Below, in pieces: positions 56,814 to 64,000 of a stretch of DNA of 64,000 nucleotides. A model generated the notes under the pieces. The model ran no database searches, was not told the origin of the DNA, and was given only the letters and a program-made list of their open reading frames with translations. Source of the stretch: Thermoplasmata archaeon (lineage in GTDB: Archaea > Thermoplasmatota > Thermoplasmata > Lutacidiplasmatales > UBA184); contig JAJYEA010000004.1 in the NCBI GenBank assembly GCA_021790425.1, forward strand, positions 13,227 to 77,226. Reading direction: 5' to 3'. Position numbers and translations under genes: made by a program. Each line of letters opens with the position of its first letter. The first letter of the stretch is position 1.

Positions 56814-57652
56814 CCCTCGGGCATCACACCGTAAGCATCCGTGAGGCAGTGATACTCGAGGAGGGGGATCCCGAAGTCCCGGTACACCTCGGCCTCCCGT
56901 CCGAGGGAGTCCAGGGCCTCCTCCGGACGGCCGCGGGCCACGGCCTCCCTCGCCTCCCAGAAGGCGCGTGGCGCATCGGGGGGCACGGAACAAGTTTGTC
57001 GGGGCTCTCCCGTCGCGGATGGACCCATGGGCATCGACGCGATCTTCCGCGAGCGCTCGAGGTCCTCCCGTGTGTTCACGTTCGCGAAGGTGAGCGGGGT
57101 CCCTCCGAGCTGCTCGGTCGGGACGATGCCGGGATGGGAGACCGATCGAATGAGATCGGTCGAGCGGCGGCGCGGGAAAGCGGCTGCCGCAGGCGACTCG
57201 ACGAGGCGTCGCCCGGCCCCCTTGCGAACCCAAAGGACGAGGGGCTCCACCCTCCCGTCCCTGCCCCACGGACACGCCGCGTCGAACCCGGCAGCGCGCG
57301 TCGTCGCTTCGAGCGCGGCGAGCACCTTGCCCTCCAGCCACGGCATGTCGCCCGCCACGAAGAGCAGATCGCTCGTTCTCTCGACCGCCAAGGTGGCCAG
57401 GATCCCTCCGAGCGGCCCGGTCTCCGACCGCCCCGGCGGGTCGAGGATGATCCGCGTCCCGGAAGGCAGGATCGGACGTAGTCGCTCGGCGTGCTCCTCG
57501 GACTCCACGGAGACGGCCACCGTGGCCGTCACCTCCTTCAGGTGGCGGAGGACGTGGGCGAGCAAGGGGGTCCCGTCGAGCAGGGCGGCGAGCTTGTCCT
57601 TCCCGAACCGCTGCGACCGGCCCCCGGCCAGAGCAACCCCGAGTGTCGTCAT
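56738..57652 (-). CDS. mobA: Molybdenum cofactor guanylyltransferase with about 90-aa C-terminal extension
   Basis: LAGGRSQRFGKDK, GPLGGI, VAGDMP, VEPL, FANVNTREDL. Confidence 0.85.
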   Translation of the reverse strand: MTTLGVALAGGRSQRFGKDKLAALLDGTPLLAHVLRHLKEVTATVAVSVESEEHAERLRPILPSGTRIILDPPGRSETGPLGGILATLAVERTSDLLFVAGDMPWLEGKVLAALEATTRAAGFDAACPWGRDGRVEPLVLWVRKGAGRRLVESPAAAAFPRRRSTDLIRSVSHPGIVPTEQLGGTPLTFANVNTREDLERSRKIASMPMGPSATGEPRQTCSVPPDAPRAFWEAREAVARGRPEEALDSLGREAEVYRDFGIPLLEYHCLTDAYGVMPEGHREDPERRARRARLKAGFPDGGRG

Positions 57653-57837
57653 CGGTAGACCCCTCCCGGGTGGCGCCGGAGCCCCTTCCCGGTTCCCGGC
57701 GGCGCCCCCCGGTCCATGGGACCTTCCAACACCTCCGTCCTAAAAAGGGGCCCGCGGCGCCTCAGGAGTCAGCAAGGTCGGTGAGGCGAAGAGGAGCGCC
57801 GGGGGAGGGCGGACGTCCGGGAACCTCCGGCGATGCA

Positions 57838-58326
57838 TCAACTCGCGAGCATCACTGCGGCGAAGAGCACCGCCACGGTGAGGGCCGCGGAGATCCCCGT
57901 GAGCGCGCGATCGAACGACCTCCACTTCTGGAGGCTGGGGTTGCGGGCCCCCCGCTCGGAGCGGCGACGGATTTCGGGCCCGAGCACAAAGCTGTGGAAG
58001 GCGCTGACCAGGACCAGGAAGAGGACGAGCAGGAGCTTCACCACGAGCCACGGGGTAGACGAGACTCCCGCCATGCCGGTGGGCCCGAGGAACCAGGTGA
58101 GGTTGTAGAGCCCCGTCGCGATGGTGACGCCGAGCGCCCCCCACATCATCCACCCCAAGGAGCGGGCGATCCGGGACATCGTGCGGGCATAGAGGGCCGG
58201 GTCGTCCCCGAGGGAGGAGCGGACCGCCACGGCCACGATGCCGAGGGCCACGGTGCCTCCCACCCAGATCGAGGCTCCGAGGATGTGGACGAAGAGCACG
58301 ACGTCGGCGAGGGTGATCACGGTCAT
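57838..58326 (-). CDS. CopD-like four-TM membrane protein
   Basis: LFVHILGASIWVGG, ATGLYN, VVKLLLV...SAFHSF; ATG 58326. Confidence 0.7.
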   Translation of the reverse strand: MTVITLADVVLFVHILGASIWVGGTVALGIVAVAVRSSLGDDPALYARTMSRIARSLGWMMWGALGVTIATGLYNLTWFLGPTGMAGVSSTPWLVVKLLLVLFLVLVSAFHSFVLGPEIRRRSERGARNPSLQKWRSFDRALTGISAALTVAVLFAAVMLAS

Positions 58327-58419
58327 CGAACCAGGGCCTTCGGGTCCCGCTCCCTCCGTGCGTCCGCTCCCATGGTGTTCCCGGGCACGAGCAAAGCGGG
58401 CACACCGGATGGGAGGGCC

Positions 58420-58434
58420 ACCGAACGGTTTCGG
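58420..58434 (+). promoter_or_regulatory. Palindromic site ACCGAACGGTTTCGG upstream of the hemerythrin gene
   Basis: CCGAA-N4-TTCGG; identical copy at 61023-61037; TTACC begins 11 nt after the site. Confidence 0.75.
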
Positions 58435-58486
58435 GGCCCACCCCTTACCCGTGGGGGCGCTGGAGCGCACCGAGGTACAACGGGAG

Positions 58487-58957
58487 ATGTCGGAATCCAC
58501 GGAACGCTCGATCGAGGAGGTCCTGAAGGACGATCATGACGAGATGGAGGAGACGTGGGAGCGTGCCCGGGAGATGCGGGCCCGGGGAGATCCCCAGGCC
58601 ACCGAGGTGTACGAGCAGTTCATCCATGCCCTCCAGGAGCACATCTCGGTCGAGGAGCAGGAGCTCTTCCCCCACAGTCTCAAGACCCGGGGGACCGATG
58701 TGCGCCCGCTCGTGGAGCAGCTCCAGCGGGAGCACATGGTGATCCAGACGGTGCTCGGCAAGATCCACGGCGACCTCACCTCGGGACACGCGGTCTCCGA
58801 GGAGGACGAGGACGCGCTACGGAACCTGCTCGGGATCCACAACGCCCGCGAGGAGGGCTTCTACTACCCCGACTTCGACGGTCGGTTCTCCCAGACCCAG
58901 GAGGGCCGGGAACTCTCCCGGAACGTCCTGGCAGGATGCCACTGCGGGAAGCACTGA
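58487..58957 (+). CDS. Hemerythrin (HHE cation-binding) domain protein
   Basis: DDH, EHISVEEQELFP, REHMVI, HNAREEGFYYP. Confidence 0.85.
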   Translation: MSESTERSIEEVLKDDHDEMEETWERAREMRARGDPQATEVYEQFIHALQEHISVEEQELFPHSLKTRGTDVRPLVEQLQREHMVIQTVLGKIHGDLTSGHAVSEEDEDALRNLLGIHNAREEGFYYPDFDGRFSQTQEGRELSRNVLAGCHCGKH

Positions 58958-58975
58958 GCTCGGACGGATCCCGCC

Positions 58976-59566
58976 TCAGCGGCCCCACCGCGCCTTGGCG
59001 ATGGTCGAGTACGCGGCGAGGTCAAAGGAGGAGAACAGCACGAAGCGTACCTCCCGGATCGAGGGGTGCCGCGCCACCCCCTCCTCGACCGTGGCGATCG
59101 CCACGGGTCCCGCCCGGTCGATCGGATACCCATAGGCTCCGGTGCTGATGGAGGGGAAGGCGACGGAGCCGATTCCGTGCTCCTCCGCCACCTCGAGCGA
59201 CCGCCGATAGCAGCGGCGGAGGATCTCCTCCTCCCCGGCACCGCCTCCCTGCCAGACGGGCCCGACCGTGTGGATGACGTACCGGGCGCGGAGCCGGCCT
59301 CCCGAGGTCGCGGCCGCCTCGCCCGGGGGCATCCCCCGGGGCCAGCGGGCCTCCCGCAGGGAACGGCACTCCGCCAGGATCGCGGGACCTCCCCGCGCGT
59401 GGATGGCGCCATCGACACCCCCACCGCCGAGGAGCGAGGAGTTGGCCGCGTTCACGATCGCGTCGGTGTCCTGGTCGGTGATGTCGCCGCGGAGGACACG
59501 GACGGTGGCTTTCGACACGAGGTAGGCCGCGGCTTCGTCCAAGGGATCTCCCCAACCGGAACGCAT
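58976..59566 (-). CDS. Macrodomain protein (O-acetyl-ADP-ribose deacetylase, YmdB-like)
   Basis: GDIT...DAIVNAANSSLLGGGGVDGAIH, VIHTVGPVW, AFPSISTGAYGYP. Confidence 0.92.
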   Translation of the reverse strand: MRSGWGDPLDEAAAYLVSKATVRVLRGDITDQDTDAIVNAANSSLLGGGGVDGAIHARGGPAILAECRSLREARWPRGMPPGEAAATSGGRLRARYVIHTVGPVWQGGGAGEEEILRRCYRRSLEVAEEHGIGSVAFPSISTGAYGYPIDRAGPVAIATVEEGVARHPSIREVRFVLFSSFDLAAYSTIAKARWGR

Positions 59567-59626
59567 TCTCCGGAGGCTCTTACCTCCGTCCCCCGACGGG
59601 GGCATCCCCCTTTCATAGCCTCTCGG

Positions 59627-60244
59627 ATGTCCCGGGCCGTGCGGCGTTGCGCATGGGCCTCCGGGGATGACGTCCGGATGCAGGAGTACCACGACCGGGA
59701 GTGGGGCGTCCCGGTCCACGACGACCGTCGCCACTTCGAGTTCCTCGTGCTGGAGGGCGCCCAGGCCGGGCTGAGCTGGTCGCTCATCCTCCAACGTCGT
59801 CCCGCCTATGCCCGCGCCTTCAGCGGCTTCGACCCCGCGAGCGTGGCCCGCTATTCGGCCGCCCGGGTCGACCGGCTGGTCGAGGACGCCTCGATCATCC
59901 GGAACCGCCGCAAGATCGAGTCCGCGGTGGGGAACGCCCGCCGGTTCCTGGCCGTCCAGCGGGAGTTCGGGAGCTTCGACGACTACGGCTGGCGGTTCGT
60001 CGGGGGACGTCCCCGGCAGAATCGCTGGAAGTCCCCCGGGGACATCCCGGTCACCACGCCGGAGTCGGATGCGTTCAGCGAGGACCTCCGGCGCAGGGGA
60101 TTCCGCTTCGTGGGGTCCACGGTGATCTACGCCCACATGCAGGCGGTGGGGATGGTGAACGACCATCTCGTCGGCTGCGACCGCTATCGCGAGGTGGCGG
60201 GACTCCGTTCCCCAGGGGGAAGCCGTCCGTTCCCCGCGCCGTGA
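59627..60244 (+). CDS. tag: DNA-3-methyladenine glycosylase I
   Basis: RCAW, YHDREWG, FEFLVLEGAQAGLSW, IIRNRRKI, GFRFVGSTVIYAHMQAVGMVNDH..C. Confidence 0.93.
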   Translation: MSRAVRRCAWASGDDVRMQEYHDREWGVPVHDDRRHFEFLVLEGAQAGLSWSLILQRRPAYARAFSGFDPASVARYSAARVDRLVEDASIIRNRRKIESAVGNARRFLAVQREFGSFDDYGWRFVGGRPRQNRWKSPGDIPVTTPESDAFSEDLRRRGFRFVGSTVIYAHMQAVGMVNDHLVGCDRYREVAGLRSPGGSRPFPAP

Positions 60245-60263
60245 GCCTCCCCAGGGGCAGGGG

Positions 60264-60932
60264 TCAGAGCCTCGTGGAGGTTTGGACCACGTCCTTCAGG
60301 ATCTTCCGCTCGACGTTGGCGAGGGACTCCGAGAGCGTGGACTTCGCCACCCCGAGCTCCTCGGCCAGCCCGGTCAGGGAGATCCCGCGGGGGACCTCGT
60401 AGTATCCCCGCGTCATCGCGATCAGGAAGATCTCGCGCTGGCGGGGGGTCAGCACGGAGAGCTCGTCCGCCTCGCCTCCGTGCCGCAAGGACTCGATCGT
60501 GACGCCCGGCGTCTCCTTGGCGAGGAACCGGTAGAGCTCCTTCACCTTCGCTTCGGAAGCGACGATCACCCAGGTGGCGGCCCCCTGGCGGATGAAGAAC
60601 GGAAAGCGGGGCATGAGGTGGACCTGCGAGAGCCCGCGCAGGAGCGTGGCGGCGGTGTGCACGATGCGGAACTCCGCGCTGTTCTTCCGCACTTCGACCA
60701 GCTCGACCTCCCGCACCCCCTTGGACCTCCGGAGGGCCTCTCCGAGCTCGCGCGCGTTCTCCCCGTGGACGCGCAACTCGACCGTGCTCTCGTTGCCCTT
60801 CGCCATCACGTGGCCGAGGACCTCGATCGAGATCTCAGGATGCTCCCGGGTGATCACACCCATCCAGGCCCCCGTGGAGAGCGGCACCCGGAGCCGGCAG
60901 ATCGTCGTCGTGGGCTCCGAGGGCTTCGCCAT
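60264..60932 (-). CDS. Bacterio-opsin-activator-type (HTH_10) transcriptional regulator
   Basis: C-terminal LTPRQREIFLIAMTRGYYEVPRGISLTGLAEELGVAKSTLSESLANVERKI. Confidence 0.88.
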   Translation of the reverse strand: MAKPSEPTTTICRLRVPLSTGAWMGVITREHPEISIEVLGHVMAKGNESTVELRVHGENARELGEALRRSKGVREVELVEVRKNSAEFRIVHTAATLLRGLSQVHLMPRFPFFIRQGAATWVIVASEAKVKELYRFLAKETPGVTIESLRHGGEADELSVLTPRQREIFLIAMTRGYYEVPRGISLTGLAEELGVAKSTLSESLANVERKILKDVVQTSTRL

Positions 60933-60934
60933 GC

Positions 60935-60963
60935 CGGTCGGTGCACGACCGTAAGCGCTTATA
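60935..60963 (-). promoter_or_regulatory. Promoter of the HTH regulator: TATAAG (60958-60963) plus inverted repeat CGGTCG-N5-CGACCG over the likely start site
   Basis: TATA 26-31 nt before ATG 60932; palindrome TAAGCGCTTA at 60952-60961; inverted repeat at 60935-60951. Confidence 0.5.
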
Positions 60964-61022
60964 CGATGCAGCCGGCCGGTCGCAGCCGGGCCCGCGGGCG
61001 GCCAGACGGGAGTAGAACGTCG

Positions 61023-61037
61023 ACCGAACGGTTTCGG
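61023..61037 (+). promoter_or_regulatory. Palindromic site ACCGAACGGTTTCGG upstream of the DUF2249 operon
   Basis: Identical to 58420-58434; TTACC begins 10 nt after the site. Confidence 0.75.
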
Positions 61038-61082
61038 CCTCGGTGTTTACCGGAGTTGCGTCGTGGAGGCTCCGAGTGCCCC

Positions 61083-61367
61083 ATGACCGAACCGAAGCCG
61101 ACCGACGTGCTGGTGATCGATGTGCGGCCGATCCCCCCTGCCCAGAAGCATCCGGCGATCTTCGGGGCCTTCGAACGGCTCGCGGAGGGAGAGAGCTTCC
61201 TCCTGGTCAACGACCACGACCCCAAACCCCTCTACTACCAGTTCCTGGCGGAGCGCAACGGCACCTTCTCCTGGACGTACGTCGAGAGCGGTCCCCGCAT
61301 CTGGAGGGTGCGGATCGGCAAGACGGCCCCGGCCCCGGGGCCGAAGATCCCGTTGGCATCCCCGTGA
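61083..61367 (+). CDS. DUF2249 domain protein
   Basis: IDVRPIPPAQKHPAIF, LVNDHDPKPLYYQF, WTYVESGPRIWRVRI. Confidence 0.88.
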   Translation: MTEPKPTDVLVIDVRPIPPAQKHPAIFGAFERLAEGESFLLVNDHDPKPLYYQFLAERNGTFSWTYVESGPRIWRVRIGKTAPAPGPKIPLASP

Positions 61368-62497
61368 CCACGGCCCGCGACGGGCCTGGCATCCTCCGGG
61401 CCCGTCTCCCCGTGGTGGCGTTGATCGCCTTCGCAACCTTCCTGGGTCTCTGGGCCGGCCTGGTCCTCCTCGGCTGGTCCCTCCCCGTGGTCTCGGTCGG
61501 ATTCCCCGACTGGCACGGGCCGCTCATGGTGAACGGGGTCCTGGCGACGCTCATCGTTCTCGAGCGCGCGGTCGCGCTGCGGCGCGCCTGGGCGTTTGCC
61601 GCCCCCGTGGTTTCTGGGGGAGGCACCCTCGCTCTGCTGACCCCGCTCGGTCCGATGCTGGGGGGCGTGTTCTGGATCGTGAGCGGCCTCCTCCTGACCG
61701 CGGTCTTCCTCGAGATCCATCGACGGCAACCGGGGTTCCACAGCGCCGTGCTCACCACCGCGGCGGCGTTGCTCTTCTTCGGCAACCTCACCTGGTGGGC
61801 CACGGGCGACGTCCCCGCGATGGTGCTCTGGTGGGTCTCCTTCCTCGTCCTGCTCATCGCGGGAGAGCGACTCGAGCTCTCGCGCGTCTTTCGTCTCACG
61901 CTGGCGAAGAGGGTCGCCTTTGGGGTCGGGGCCGCGATGCTCGTGGTGGGGCCGGTCCTCAGCACCGTGACCCTCGTTCCGGCGATAGCCACGGAGGCGG
62001 CCGGGCTCGTGACCCTGGGTGTGTGGCTCCTCCTCTACGATGTGGCCCGGGCGAACCTCCCGCTCCCGGGACGCCCTCGGTTCCTCGGGCTCTGCCTCGT
62101 CTCCGGCTACGCGTGGATCGTCTTCGCGGGAGCGCTCGCCCTCGGGACCGGGGCGAGTTTGCCCGGCCTCGTCTACGACGCCTTCCTGCACGCGATCTTC
62201 ATCGGCTTCGTCTTCACCATGATCATGGCCCACGCGCTGGTGATCCTGCAGGCGTTCCTGGGCCGAAGCGTGCCCTTCACGAGAGCCTTCTACGTTCCGC
62301 TCGTCCTGATCGAGGGGACGCTGGCGCTCCGGGTGGCCTCCGACCTAGCGGGATGGGATGCCCTCCGGATGTGGGCCGGGCTGCTGAACGTCGTGGCCAT
62401 CCTCTCCTTCGTGCTCGTCCTCGGGGGGAACTTGGCGCGGGACCGTCTGCGGTGGATCCAGGACCTCTTCCACCCCGATTTCATGAACGTCCGGTGA
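61364..62497 (+). CDS. NnrS-like polytopic membrane protein
   Basis: GTGA-coupled to DUF2249; HGPLMVNGVLATLIVLERAVAL, IAGERLELSR, YDAFLHAIFIGFVFTMIMAHA; about 11-12 TM helices. Confidence 0.68.
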   Translation: MTTARDGPGILRARLPVVALIAFATFLGLWAGLVLLGWSLPVVSVGFPDWHGPLMVNGVLATLIVLERAVALRRAWAFAAPVVSGGGTLALLTPLGPMLGGVFWIVSGLLLTAVFLEIHRRQPGFHSAVLTTAAALLFFGNLTWWATGDVPAMVLWWVSFLVLLIAGERLELSRVFRLTLAKRVAFGVGAAMLVVGPVLSTVTLVPAIATEAAGLVTLGVWLLLYDVARANLPLPGRPRFLGLCLVSGYAWIVFAGALALGTGASLPGLVYDAFLHAIFIGFVFTMIMAHALVILQAFLGRSVPFTRAFYVPLVLIEGTLALRVASDLAGWDALRMWAGLLNVVAILSFVLVLGGNLARDRLRWIQDLFHPDFMNVR

Positions 62498-62555
62498 GCG
62501 CGGCCCCACCGGTCAGGGATATCTGGCGCGGCCGCTGTACCCGGGCACCACGTTC

Positions 62556-62810
62556 ATGCCCCGGCTGAGAGTCCTGCTCTTCGCGACGGCCCGCGAGGCG
62601 GTGGGCCAGAGCGAGCTCGAGGTCCCGTACCGTCGGGGGCAGACGCTCGCGGAGGTCCTCGCCGAGGTCGTCGCGGCCCACCCTCGCCTCCGCCCCCACC
62701 TCCGTCACCGGCTGGCCCTCGACGGGGAGTTTCTGGAGCAACCGGCGTCCGCGGTGATCCTCTCCTCCCAGAAGGAGGTCGCCATCCTGCCGCCGTTCTC
62801 CGGAGGGTGA
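62556..62810 (+). CDS. moaD: Molybdopterin synthase sulfur carrier (MoaD/ThiS/SAMP-like)
   Basis: VLLFATAREAVG...EVAILPPFSGG, C-terminal GG. Confidence 0.9.
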   Translation: MPRLRVLLFATAREAVGQSELEVPYRRGQTLAEVLAEVVAAHPRLRPHLRHRLALDGEFLEQPASAVILSSQKEVAILPPFSGG

Positions 62811-62817
62811 CGCCGGA

Positions 62818-63222
62818 ATGATCCCCTCTGCCCTCATCCGGCTCACCAAGAGCCCCATCCGCCCCGAGACGTACCGGAAGACCCTGGAGGACCCGGGGAG
62901 CGGAGGGGTCGCGCTCTTCGAGGGCCGCGTCCGAGACGACCCGGGCCACCACGCGACCCGTCTCTACTACGAGGCCTACTCGCCCCTCGCGCTCCGCGAA
63001 CTCGAGCGGCTCTCCCGGCAGGCCGCGACCCGGTTCGGGGCCCGGCGGATCGTGATCGTCCACCGGCTGGGCCACCTGCGGACCGGGGAGATCGCGGTCT
63101 TCATCGGGGTGGCCACCGCCCACCGCACGAAGGCCTTCGCCGCCTGCCGATTCCTGATCGACGAGCTCAAGCGCCGGGTCCCGATCTGGAAGACCCGGGA
63201 AGAGAGCCGCACCAAGCGTTGA
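62818..63222 (+). CDS. moaE: Molybdopterin synthase catalytic subunit
   Basis: GGVALFEGRVRD, LYYEAY, HRLGHLRTGE, HRTKAF, LKRRVPIWK. Confidence 0.93.
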   Translation: MIPSALIRLTKSPIRPETYRKTLEDPGSGGVALFEGRVRDDPGHHATRLYYEAYSPLALRELERLSRQAATRFGARRIVIVHRLGHLRTGEIAVFIGVATAHRTKAFAACRFLIDELKRRVPIWKTREESRTKR

Positions 63223-63248
63223 CCTCCGGCCTTGCCGCCGGCGGGGGG

Positions 63249-64000
63249 TCACTCGGGGGTCCGCTCCACGTCGGCCGGGGCGAAGACGACCCCCTCGGCG
63301 ACCTTGGGCAGGAACATCGTGGACTTCTGGGCCATCAGGGTACCCTCCCCGAAGACGGTGCGCTCGACCCCCTCGACCGACAGCCCGGGGATGAGGAACG
63401 CCGTCCCTCCCTCCTCCCGCGCCTTCTCGAGGGCGCCGCGGGGCGATCGCAGGAAGTGGAACGACCGGGGGTCCAGCCCGAGGTCGCCCTCCAGGAACCG
63501 GTGCAGGAGCTCGTAGTCCGCGCCTTCGTGTGCCGAGGGCGGTCCCCGGACCGTGATCGTCGCCTCGCCGGAGACGGCCACGAACCCTCTTCGTCCCTCC
63601 TTCCGGATCTCCCGTAACGCGTCGAGCGCCGTCTCCATGTCCGGAAGACCCGTGTGGACCGCGAGGTCGGGGAACCGGGCGCGGGCCCGGTCCCGCAGCC
63701 TCTCGGGGTCGAGCGCGTCTCCGGGTACGACCCGGTGCCAGGGAAGGAGCAACAGGGCCCGGTCCCGTCCCTCCACGACCATCGTGAGGGGGACGTCCCG
63801 CTTCCCGGCCTGGCGACGCGCGAGCGACGCCGTGTACCGGTGGTGCCCGTCGAGGATGAGGAGCCGCACGGGATCGAGCCGGGCCGCGATCGCGTCGCGG
63901 ACCGCCGCGTCCTCGATGCGCCAGAGGCGGTGCAGCGCGCCGTCGACCCGTGCCTCCACCAGCGGTGCCTGCGTTCCTTCGAGGGAGAGGGCCCGGCGGT
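63249..64000 (-). CDS. DUF1015 family protein (5'-partial; runs off the window end)
   Basis: ILDGHHRY and C-terminal MAQKSTMFLPK match the DUF1015 pattern. Confidence 0.75.
   Translation of the reverse strand, partial: RRALSLEGTQAPLVEARVDGALHRLWRIEDAAVRDAIAARLDPVRLLILDGHHRYTASLARRQAGKRDVPLTMVVEGRDRALLLLPWHRVVPGDALDPERLRDRARARFPDLAVHTGLPDMETALDALREIRKEGRRGFVAVSGEATITVRGPPSAHEGADYELLHRFLEGDLGLDPRSFHFLRSPRGALEKAREEGGTAFLIPGLSVEGVERTVFGEGTLMAQKSTMFLPKVAEGVVFAPADVERTPE

Overview
High-GC (roughly 70% by eye) archaeal chromosomal segment. Archaeal markers include diphthine synthase dph5, a stand-alone GMP synthase glutaminase subunit, bifunctional PGI/PMI, a Bat-type HTH regulator and TATA-like boxes about 25-30 nt before many starts. 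The gene style suggests a soil or sediment Thermoplasmata lineage (inference). About 55 genes were called. (1) Six large secreted, C-terminally membrane-anchored proteins: two Kelch-propeller proteins, an S53 protease, a family-5 solute-binding protein, a GH18-like hydrolase and one with an unassigned head domain. Five of them share a Cys-paired Ig-like stalk repeat. (2) Metabolic operons: alpha/beta hydrolase-glpK, CDGSH-FMN reductase with divergent HxlR, a bacterial-type argCJBGH with an upstream ACT-domain protein, kdpFABC plus a tandem-USP gene and dph5, amt, and moeA/mobAB/moaDE. (3) A decayed MntA-HepT toxin-antitoxin pair with an amber stop and a micro-inversion, and an apparently intact lower-GC wHTH + nucleotidyltransferase module behind a perfect inverted-repeat operator. 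(4) A putative NO/O2-stress regulon (hemerythrin; DUF2249 + NnrS-like protein) whose two promoters carry an identical 15-bp palindromic site, next to a Bat-like HTH regulator. I found no rRNA, tRNA, CRISPR array or transposase. Family names come from motif recognition only; no database search was run.
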